Source: Alphaproteobacteria bacterium
GTDB lineage: Bacteria > Pseudomonadota > Alphaproteobacteria > SP197
Direction of reading: 5' to 3'
NCBI GenBank assembly: GCA_964291415.2
Contig: OZ219918.1
Span: 160,001-224,000 of the forward strand
Length of the DNA: 64,000 nt
Part shown: in pieces, positions 29,653-37,714 of the stretch
How positions within the stretch are numbered: position 1 is the first letter of the stretch
Layout: every line of letters begins with the position of its first letter
The notes under the pieces: model-generated
Database searches by the model: none
Told to the model about the DNA's origin: nothing
Seen by the model: only the letters and a program-made list of their open reading frames with translations
Made by a program: the position numbers and the translations under genes

Positions 29653-30126
29653 TCAGTGATCCTCGGCGCGGAAAACCGAGTGACAGCCGCCGCACCCGTC
29701 GCGCCCAAGGGCCATGAAGGCCGCGGCCTGGGCGTCGTCACCTCCCGACGTCAGCGCCATCTCGAGCATGGCCGCCCGCTCTCCCAGGAGCTGCGCCGCC
29801 ATCTCGAAGTCCGACCAGTTCTCCCAGATGGCATCGAGAGCACCGGTCCGGGGCAGGGCATCCACGCCGGTCCCCGGCGGGAAGAGCGGTGGAATGGCAG
29901 TGGCTGCTTCCTTCAGGACACCGGTTGCCGCCAGCGCCTCCTCCGCATCGTTGCGGCCGGAGAGGAAGCCCTTGATGGTCCGCATGGATTTGCCCAGTTC
30001 CTTCATGAACACATGGCGCTCCTGGCTCAGCCTCTCGGCCTCCTCGAGGCTGACGATGTCGTCGCTTGACCAGGCCACGGACCCCAGCACAAGAGAGACA
30101 ACCGCCGTCAGGATGGTCATACGCAT
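29653..30126 (-). CDS. Cytochrome c'/c556 (class II)
   Basis: Signal peptide, R...MK, LFPPG, AIWENW.DF and a C-terminal CGGCH heme motif. Confidence 0.88.
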   Translation of the reverse strand: MRMTILTAVVSLVLGSVAWSSDDIVSLEEAERLSQERHVFMKELGKSMRTIKGFLSGRNDAEEALAATGVLKEAATAIPPLFPPGTGVDALPRTGALDAIWENWSDFEMAAQLLGERAAMLEMALTSGGDDAQAAAFMALGRDGCGGCHSVFRAEDH

Positions 30127-30402
30127 GCCCGTTCCTCCACGTCTTGAGATGTGCAAGAGACTGGAACAGGTTGCCCGGAGCCTGCAAGTCCCGGACAACG
30201 GTCTGGACGGAATTCGGCCGCCGGCAGCCCGCCACTGAGGTCTTGCGCAAGAGATCGAACGAAGGCGGGACTTGACCCGACCTCCCGATTGCGTGAATCG
30301 TGGGGCCTACCAGGGCCACGGCGAAATGGACACGGCGGCCGACGCAATCCCGGGTCATGGGCCAAGATCACCGGCGGTTCGACAGGACGGGGAGGTGCAG
30401 CA

Positions 30403-31836
30403 ATGAGCAGAGGCACCACCGTCTTTGCCCTGATCGTTTCCGTGCTGCTCATCGCCACGGCCGGTGTACTCAACATGCTGGCAAGGCAAAGCGACGACGC
30501 TGTGTTCGCCGATGCGGTCGTGATGGCAACGGAGATTCGCGACGGAGTCCAGGAAACAGGAGCGTCGGCGGTCGAAAGCGCCCTGGAGACGACAGCACGG
30601 CTGGTGGCGACCCTCGAATCCGTTCCCGACCTCGCCGGGGAGGCCGACGCATTGGGGGCGGAGCTGCAACAGAGAAAGCGCGCGATCGATGCCATCCGTG
30701 ATGCGGAAGCGGCGCTCTTCGAAGCAACGGATGCCTGGAAGTCAGCGGTGGACATGGCGGCCGACGAGACACCGGATCTGGCCGGACTCGCGGAGGACAT
30801 GGACCGATATCTCGCCGGGACCGGACCCGCTCCGACCCTTGAGGCCGTGCGCTCCCGTGGCGATGTGACACTCGTTGCGGCAGCAGACAGGCTGGTGACC
30901 GAAAGGCACGCTCTGGACGAGCTGCATCAGGAGCTGGCTGCCGACAGGGTGACCGGTGTGGCCGAGCAACTTGTCATGTCCCTGGAGATCGAGCGTGCCC
31001 GTCGGGCGCTGGTCGTACGCAACTATGACGATGGTACGGTTGCCGCCCTTGGCGCCCTGGTGCTGTTCTGGGTTCTGCTCGGCATTCGCGGACGCCGTCG
31101 CAGTGAGCCGCCGCATCGGAAAGCCGATCCCGTAAGGGGGACACTGTTCATCCGCGGTACGGCGGCAGCGGTGGCGATGCGGGCGCAACGTCTCGCTTCG
31201 CACACCAATGCGCTCAGAGAGTCTCGCCAGAGGCTTGGAAACGCCATCGCGGAGGCCGGGCTCGACCGGTCACTCAATGACGATGCCCCCCTTCACCGGG
31301 AAGTGGAGGCCATGGACGGTCATCTCGCCACCTTGCGAGACGAAACCGGTGAACTGTCGGCACTGGGCCAGCGTCTATGGACTCTTGCCGGGGAGACGGC
31401 GCCTGCGTCGACGGCCAGTATCAACGCGTGCGTCAGGGAAGCACTCGAGGCGATCAGGGCAGGCCACCGGATTCCCGTCATGACGGAACTTGCCGATGTC
31501 GGTGATGTCAGGGGGGTGGCGTCCGATATCGTACTGGCCCTGACGGCCCTCATCGAACGTGTCCTCAGGGCCTCCCGGGAATCGGGACGGGGCCACAGCG
31601 CCATTCGCGTCTTCACCACGGCCGGTGATGACCAGGTGCATGTCACCATCACCGGAGGCGCTCCCCTTCCGCGGTTCACGGAGCGCACGTTCAGGCCGTC
31701 GGGTACCTCCCACGAGCTGGCGCTGGCCATCGCTCTCCTCAGGCGTCATGGCGGCAGCGTGATCCTGGGTTCGTCCGTCGCCGGGGAAGCCTCGGCGCGC
31801 ATATCCCTTGCCGCCGCATCGGGAGACCAGACATGA
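30403..31836 (+). CDS. Membrane protein with a degenerate histidine-kinase-like (HATPase_c) C-terminal domain
   Basis: TM, helical periplasmic region, TM, coiled coil, then SINACVREAL...DIVLALTALIE...IRVFT...VHVTITGG...AIALLRRHGGSVI...ARISL. The kinase scaffold is visible but N, D and G boxes are not conserved. GGAGG RBS. Confidence 0.6.
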   Translation: MSRGTTVFALIVSVLLIATAGVLNMLARQSDDAVFADAVVMATEIRDGVQETGASAVESALETTARLVATLESVPDLAGEADALGAELQQRKRAIDAIRDAEAALFEATDAWKSAVDMAADETPDLAGLAEDMDRYLAGTGPAPTLEAVRSRGDVTLVAAADRLVTERHALDELHQELAADRVTGVAEQLVMSLEIERARRALVVRNYDDGTVAALGALVLFWVLLGIRGRRRSEPPHRKADPVRGTLFIRGTAAAVAMRAQRLASHTNALRESRQRLGNAIAEAGLDRSLNDDAPLHREVEAMDGHLATLRDETGELSALGQRLWTLAGETAPASTASINACVREALEAIRAGHRIPVMTELADVGDVRGVASDIVLALTALIERVLRASRESGRGHSAIRVFTTAGDDQVHVTITGGAPLPRFTERTFRPSGTSHELALAIALLRRHGGSVILGSSVAGEASARISLAAASGDQT

Positions 31837-33824
31837 AGGCGCTGCGCTTTCGGGTTCGCAACTATCGCAACATCGAGGACAGCGGCTGGGTGCCACTCGA
31901 TCCGGTCACGGTCCTTGTCGGACGCAACGAGTCGGGAAAGACGTCCCTTCTGAAGGCGCTCAACAAGTTCAATCCGGGCACGGCGGAAACCTATGATGCC
32001 CAGCGTGAGTTTCCACGTGACCGCTACACGCGCGACTACGTCCTTGCCGGTTCTGCGGGTGCGGAGTGGCCTGTCTGTTCCATAGAGTTCGAAATTCCGG
32101 AACAGCAGAAGAGCGATATCGCGACCCTGCTGGGCCCGGACCGGGACGTGCCCGAGACGGTCACCGTCACGCGCCACTACGATGGCTCCCTCGGTTTTTC
32201 CTACATGCCGCAGATCGGAGCCAAACCGGCACGGCCAGACCCTCTCATGGAGACCCTCGAGGATCTCGCGCTTTCGGACGACTCGCCGCGCCTGGCTGCA
32301 TGGTCCAGCGCGTGGCACGGCCGGTTCGCCGGACTCGATGACGTCACAAGCGCCACCGGCCGCGCCCTGCTCACCGAAATCGACGGCGAGATTTCCGGGC
32401 TCGATGATGAACGCCTCGGCGCTCTTGGCGCGATCGTCACCACGATGCTGCGGATGCCCTTCGGAAGCAGGGTGATCGATCACGTCAACGCCCTGGTGGA
32501 ACGCGAACTGCCGCGCCTCGTCTACTTCGAGAACTACGGGGTGCTCGACAGCGCCATCTGGCTGCCCGAGATGTTGCGCGGCCTTGAACGCGAGGATCCG
32601 GAGCCGCGTTTTCGAACCGCGCTGGCGCTCTTCCGTCATGCGGGCCTTGATCCGCAGGATATCGCGGCACTCGCCGCCCCGGGCAGCAGGGCATCGGGCG
32701 AGGACATGCAACGCCAGATGGAGGAGCGGGCGATCCGGCTCAATGCCGCGTCGGTCGACATCAGCCGTCGCTGTAGCGAGCTGTGGTCGCAGCGGCGCCA
32801 TCGCATCCGCTATCACGTCGACGGAGACTATTTCCGCATCAGGGTTGCCGACGATTCACTGGAGGATGTGGAGATCGAACTGGAATCCCGCGGCAAGGGC
32901 TTCCAGTGGTTCCTCTCGTTCTTCCTCGTCTTTGCAGCGGAGTCCGAGGGCAGCATGGGGGATGCCATCGTACTGCTGGACGAGCCCGGTCTCAGCCTTC
33001 ACCCGACGGCGCAACGTGAACTGCTGGTGTTCTTCGAGCGTCTGTCCTCGCAGAACCAGGTCATCTACACGACTCACTCACCGTTCCTTATCGACGGCGA
33101 TCACCTCGACCGGGTGCGTCCGGTGTTCGAGGACGACACGGGCCATGCCCGCATCCTCAAGGGTTCGTGGCCCGCCCATCCGGAAACGGTGTTCGCGCTC
33201 AAGGCGGCTGCCGGATATGCGATGTTCGATTCCCTTGCGGAACAGGATCGATCGCTGCTTGTCGAACAGGTCAGCGATGCGTGCTACCTGGAGGCGCTGT
33301 CGCGACAATGTGGCCGGACGGGAAGGAGCGCGCTGGGCAGTTCCGTCGACGTGGTGCCCTGCGGCGGTGCGGCCGTGTGCGGCTACCTGGCATCACTTCT
33401 CATGGCCGAGAACCGTCGTCCTCTCATCCTCTTCGACGGCACCGACGCCGCACGTCTTCGCCGGCATGGACTGGTGAGGGAACTCCTTGACGAGGGAGAC
33501 AGCTCGATTGTTCTCCTCGACGAAGCCCTCGGCTGGTCCGGACATGACGTGTGTCTCGAGGACCTGTTCGGAGAGAGCATCATCCTCGAAGGCCTCGGGA
33601 ATGCGACCGGAATCAGCCTGTCGCTTGCCGATGACGGACATCAGGCCGGCCTCGTCGGTCGCATCGAGAGCGCAGCGGCGGCGGCGAACATTGCGCTACC
33701 CCGCTCCTGGCGGCTGTCGACGGCCCTGGCGGTGACGTTGTCGGAGGCGTCCCTGCCGGATGACGTCCTCGATTCGGCCTCGCTCCTCTTCACCAAGCTT
33801 GCCGGTGACGGCCAGGGACGGTGA
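31833..33824 (+). CDS. OLD-family-like ABC ATPase with a C-terminal TOPRIM-like domain
   Basis: VRNYRNI, Walker A GRNESGKTS, signature SRGKGFQW, Walker B LLDEPG..LHP and TTHSP, then TOPRIM-like LLVEQVSD..YL, VPCGG and EDLF. Confidence 0.8.
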   Translation: MKALRFRVRNYRNIEDSGWVPLDPVTVLVGRNESGKTSLLKALNKFNPGTAETYDAQREFPRDRYTRDYVLAGSAGAEWPVCSIEFEIPEQQKSDIATLLGPDRDVPETVTVTRHYDGSLGFSYMPQIGAKPARPDPLMETLEDLALSDDSPRLAAWSSAWHGRFAGLDDVTSATGRALLTEIDGEISGLDDERLGALGAIVTTMLRMPFGSRVIDHVNALVERELPRLVYFENYGVLDSAIWLPEMLRGLEREDPEPRFRTALALFRHAGLDPQDIAALAAPGSRASGEDMQRQMEERAIRLNAASVDISRRCSELWSQRRHRIRYHVDGDYFRIRVADDSLEDVEIELESRGKGFQWFLSFFLVFAAESEGSMGDAIVLLDEPGLSLHPTAQRELLVFFERLSSQNQVIYTTHSPFLIDGDHLDRVRPVFEDDTGHARILKGSWPAHPETVFALKAAAGYAMFDSLAEQDRSLLVEQVSDACYLEALSRQCGRTGRSALGSSVDVVPCGGAAVCGYLASLLMAENRRPLILFDGTDAARLRRHGLVRELLDEGDSSIVLLDEALGWSGHDVCLEDLFGESIILEGLGNATGISLSLADDGHQAGLVGRIESAAAAANIALPRSWRLSTALAVTLSEASLPDDVLDSASLLFTKLAGDGQGR

Positions 33825-34492
33825 ACGGCAGATTCGCCGTCTACTACACGCCCGCAACCACGTCGGAACTGGCGCGATTCGCTGCGGACTGGCTGGGCGG
33901 CGAGGCCGCCGCCGGCATCCCGGAAGACCTTCACCGCGACATCGTCCGCATTCCCGCAGCGTACGGGTTCCATGCCACGCTGAAGGCTCCGTTTGCTCTC
34001 GCCCCGGGCGCGTCAGGGGACGAGCTCGCCACAGCCACCGCCGCCCTTGCCAGGGACCTTGCCGCATTCAGCGCTCCGCCGCTGGATCTCGCCACTGTCG
34101 ACGGGTTTCTTGCGCTCGTGCTTCGTGAACCATGTCCGGCCATGCACGACCTCGCCGCGGCGTGCGTGACGGTACTCGACCACTTCCGCGCGCCGTTGAC
34201 CGAAGGGGAAAGGGAACGCCGTGTCGCGCAAGGCCTGTCGGCGCGCCAGGAAGCGTTGCTCGACCGCTGGGGCTATCCATTCGTTCTCGACGAATTCCTC
34301 TTTCACATGACGCTGACCCGGCGCCTCGATGATGGTCTCAGCGCACGTATCGCCGACTCACTGGGGCGCAGGCTCGGCCATCTCATCGGGCGGCCGTGGT
34401 GCCTTGATTCCATCTCCCTCGTCCACCAGGCGTCGCGCCAGGAGCCCTTCACCATGAGGGCGCGCTTTCCACTCGGACATTCTGAAGGATGA
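33821..34492 (+). CDS. DUF1045 family 2H phosphoesterase-like protein
   Basis: Motifs RFAVYYTP, YGFHATLKAPF, WGYPFV and FHMTL give two HxT motifs. GTGA overlap with the upstream gene. Confidence 0.85.
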   Translation: MNGRFAVYYTPATTSELARFAADWLGGEAAAGIPEDLHRDIVRIPAAYGFHATLKAPFALAPGASGDELATATAALARDLAAFSAPPLDLATVDGFLALVLREPCPAMHDLAAACVTVLDHFRAPLTEGERERRVAQGLSARQEALLDRWGYPFVLDEFLFHMTLTRRLDDGLSARIADSLGRRLGHLIGRPWCLDSISLVHQASRQEPFTMRARFPLGHSEG

Positions 34493-34847
34493 CGGATCCT
34501 CAACGCCGATCGTACAGGGTGCCGCGGCCGAATGCTGTCTGACGGATGAGCAACGCGACCTGCAGGAACGGCTGATCGGGCCCCAGGCCGTCGTATCGGA
34601 GCAAGCCGGGGAGCACCCCTGAAAGGGTGTCGGGGCTCTCCAACGTCGCGGCATCCTTGTCCGCATCACTGCCGGACAGGAACCCACGTCAAGGACACGC
34701 CGGGGCTTGTCCGCAGGGGGCGTACGCATGTCGACTCCATCGGCCTCGGGACGGATTTCGCCGATCAGATCAGGGTTTGCATTGACGCCGAGAAGCGGCT
34801 ATAAGCATCAATAGCAGGAAACTTCGTTTCATCAGAGGAAACAGGCC

Positions 34848-35759
34848 ATGTGCGGAATTGCCGGTATCCTGTTGAAGAATGGAGACAGTGGAATCGATAC
34901 CGGGACGGCGCTGATCGACATGCTCGACGGCTGTCAGCACCGGGGACCGGACTCCACGGGGTTCGCCCTATACGAGAGCGGCGAGGACGGACAGCTGAAG
35001 CTGCGGTTCCATGTCGGTTCCGACAACGAGGCGGGCGACGCCATCGCCGCCCTCAAGACGGTCTTCGACGAACACGGCGCCGAGGTCATCGAGGAAGAGC
35101 GCATCGCCGGCAGCTACCGTGTCGTGGTGCGTTTCAGCGGTGACCTGCAGAAGTTCTCGTACGCCGTGGAACACGCCGCCAAGGTGGTGTCGATCGGCGA
35201 GAGCCTGGAGATCGTGAAGGACGTGGGCGGCGCCCATGATGTCGATGACACCTACGACGTCCATATGTTCAGGGGTTCGCACGGCCTGGGACACGTGCGC
35301 CTTGCCACCGAATCGGATGTCAAGCCGGAGGCCTCGCACCCCTTCTGGGCGACCGGGTTCGCCGATGTCGCGATCGTCCACAACGGACAGATCACGAACT
35401 ACTGGAAGATGCGCCGTCGTCTCGAGCGCCGCGGGTTCGCGTTCGCGACGGACAACGACAGCGAGCTCATTGCCGTCTATCTCGCCGACAAGATGAACCA
35501 GGGGATTCCCTTGAAGGACTCCCTGGCCTCGTCCATTGACGACATGGACGGGACATTCTCCTTCCTCGTGTCGACCCGCGACGAGATCGGCTACGCGAAG
35601 GACCGGCTTGCCGCCAAGCCGATGATCATGTTCGAGAACGACGACATCATTGCCATTGCCTCTGAAGAGGTCTCGCTCAATCGCCTGTTCCCGGGCCGCG
35701 CGCTCGACACCCGTGAACCGCCTCCGGGAAGCTACAGAACATGGTCACGATCGATCTGA
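34848..35759 (+). CDS. Class II glutamine amidotransferase (GlxB/MgsA-like)
   Basis: N-terminal MCGIAG nucleophile, HRGPDSTG, GHVRLATES, HPF, HNGQITN and TDNDSE. Confidence 0.9.
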   Translation: MCGIAGILLKNGDSGIDTGTALIDMLDGCQHRGPDSTGFALYESGEDGQLKLRFHVGSDNEAGDAIAALKTVFDEHGAEVIEEERIAGSYRVVVRFSGDLQKFSYAVEHAAKVVSIGESLEIVKDVGGAHDVDDTYDVHMFRGSHGLGHVRLATESDVKPEASHPFWATGFADVAIVHNGQITNYWKMRRRLERRGFAFATDNDSELIAVYLADKMNQGIPLKDSLASSIDDMDGTFSFLVSTRDEIGYAKDRLAAKPMIMFENDDIIAIASEEVSLNRLFPGRALDTREPPPGSYRTWSRSI

Positions 35760-37714
35760 AGGACCTGTCGACCCGCGAAGCCAACGAGAGCATTCGCGAG
35801 GCGGCGGCACGGGGCGAGACCATCGAGGTTCTCAATCCCGACGCTCGCCACCACATCGGTGTCGGCGTCATCCACCCGGTTGACATCCACGTCCGTGGAT
35901 CGGCCGGATACTTCTGCGCCGGACTGACCGACACGCCGCGCTTTCACATCGAACGCAATGCCGGCTGGGGGCTGGCAGACAACATGTACCGTGGATCCGT
36001 CGTCGTCGGCGGCAACGCCGGCGCCATAGCCGGGGTGGCGATCCGCGGCGCGGAAGTGGTGATCCGGGGCAACATGGGGTCGCGGGCCGGACAGGTCATG
36101 AAGAAGGGGACGCTGCTGTGCTGCGGCAATGCCAACTTCATGGCCGGCTACATGATGTATGGCGGGCGCATGATCATTCTCGGCGAATCAGGCGAGCGTC
36201 TCGGCGAGGACATGACGGGAGGCGAGATCTTCCTTGGCGGCGATCTGGTGTCACTGGGGTCCGACGCCATGGAGACCGATACCGCGGGAGACGAGATCGA
36301 CGACATCCGGGCCTTTCTCGACCGCTACGAGATTCCCTTCCGGGGCAGCTTCCGCAAGATCGTGAATGCCGGAAAGAAACTGCGCTACGGCACCCCGGAG
36401 CGGCAGGTGCGCTCGATTCCCTACTTCAACTTTTCCGGCGACAGCGACTACTGGAATCACAAGGTCCAGGAAGACGTCTACATCAAGTCCCAGATCGGAC
36501 GCTACCGGGTGAGGGGATACGGCGGCGCCCGCGAACTGCCGCACCTTTCCGACCTTGCCTTCGCCAGGGATGTCATTCCGGATGCAGTCGGCGACGATCC
36601 GGTCTCCAGGGTCCGGATGCACACGCTGATCGGCGGCAAGAACGGCGCCAAACCCCTTGACCTGACGATGCCTGTCCTCATTGCTCCGATGAGCTACGGC
36701 GCTCTTTCCCGTTCCGCCAAGCAGGCGGTCGCCATTGCCTCGGGCATGGCGGGAATCGCCGAGAACACCGGGGAAGGCGGCATGAGCGACGCCCAGCGCG
36801 ATGCGGCAGGTCAGCTCATCTTCCAGATGCTCGGTGGCCGTCTGGGCTGGAACATCCACGACATGAACCGGGCGGATGGCCTGGAGATCTACATTTCCCA
36901 GGGCGCCAAGCCGGGCTTCGGCGGTCAGCTCATGGCCAAGAAGGTGACGAAGGAACTGGCCGAGATCCGCGGCATCCCGGCCGGCATCGACCTTCGTTCG
37001 CCGTCACGCCATCCCGACATCCTCGGTGCCGACGATCTCGTCATCAAGGTCGAGGAGTTGCGCGAGGCGACGGGCTACCGTCTGCCGGTGAGCGTCAAGC
37101 TGGGGGCGGGTCGCATTCACGACGACATCAAGATCGCCGTCAAGGACGGCTTCGACTTCGTCGAACTCGACGGCATGCAGGGCTCGACCGGCGCCGGTGG
37201 CGCCGAGGTGATGGAGTATGTCGGCATCCCGACCATCTCTGCCATCTGCGAGGCGGAACGCGCTCTTGCATCCATCGGCCGCCGCCAGGACATCGAGATT
37301 GTCCTCATGGGCGGGCTGAGAGACGGGGTCGATGCCGTCAAGGCCATGTGCCTGGGCGCCGACGCCGTGGCGCTGGGGACCGCCGCCATCATTGCCGGCG
37401 GCTGCATTGCCTGCATGCAGTGTCATGTCGGCCAGTGCGTGACCGGTATCGCCACCCAGGATCCCGAGCACGAGAAGCGCTACAAGCCCGAAATCGAGGC
37501 GCAGCACATCTACACCTTCCTGGAGAGCGTGCGCTGGCAGATTGCGGCCGTCACATGGGGACTGGGATACGATGACGTACGCGGCCCCTGCCGCGACGAT
37601 CTCGTGGCTCTCACGCCCGAGGCGGCCGAGATCACCGGCCTTCCCCTCTGTCCCGAACGCCGGAATGCGGGGCTTCCCGAAATCGATGCGGCGATGGAAC
37701 GGGCTCTTCGATGA
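35741..37714 (+). CDS. Fusion of a GXGXG beta-helix domain (GlxC/MgsB-like) and an FMN-binding glutamate synthase domain (GlxD/MgsC-like)
   Basis: Glycine-rich repeats (GSAGYFCAG, GNAG, GNMGSRAG), followed by MSYGALS, TGEGG, QGAKPG.GG, RSP, DG.QG.TGA and CIACMQCHVGQC.TGIATQD. Confidence 0.9.
   Translation: MVTIDLKDLSTREANESIREAAARGETIEVLNPDARHHIGVGVIHPVDIHVRGSAGYFCAGLTDTPRFHIERNAGWGLADNMYRGSVVVGGNAGAIAGVAIRGAEVVIRGNMGSRAGQVMKKGTLLCCGNANFMAGYMMYGGRMIILGESGERLGEDMTGGEIFLGGDLVSLGSDAMETDTAGDEIDDIRAFLDRYEIPFRGSFRKIVNAGKKLRYGTPERQVRSIPYFNFSGDSDYWNHKVQEDVYIKSQIGRYRVRGYGGARELPHLSDLAFARDVIPDAVGDDPVSRVRMHTLIGGKNGAKPLDLTMPVLIAPMSYGALSRSAKQAVAIASGMAGIAENTGEGGMSDAQRDAAGQLIFQMLGGRLGWNIHDMNRADGLEIYISQGAKPGFGGQLMAKKVTKELAEIRGIPAGIDLRSPSRHPDILGADDLVIKVEELREATGYRLPVSVKLGAGRIHDDIKIAVKDGFDFVELDGMQGSTGAGGAEVMEYVGIPTISAICEAERALASIGRRQDIEIVLMGGLRDGVDAVKAMCLGADAVALGTAAIIAGGCIACMQCHVGQCVTGIATQDPEHEKRYKPEIEAQHIYTFLESVRWQIAAVTWGLGYDDVRGPCRDDLVALTPEAAEITGLPLCPERRNAGLPEIDAAMERALR

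Noticed and set aside
34782-34810. TTGACG...TATAAG promoter upstream of the amidotransferase
   Set aside because: The spacing is only 12 bp, so it is not convincing as a sigma70 promoter.
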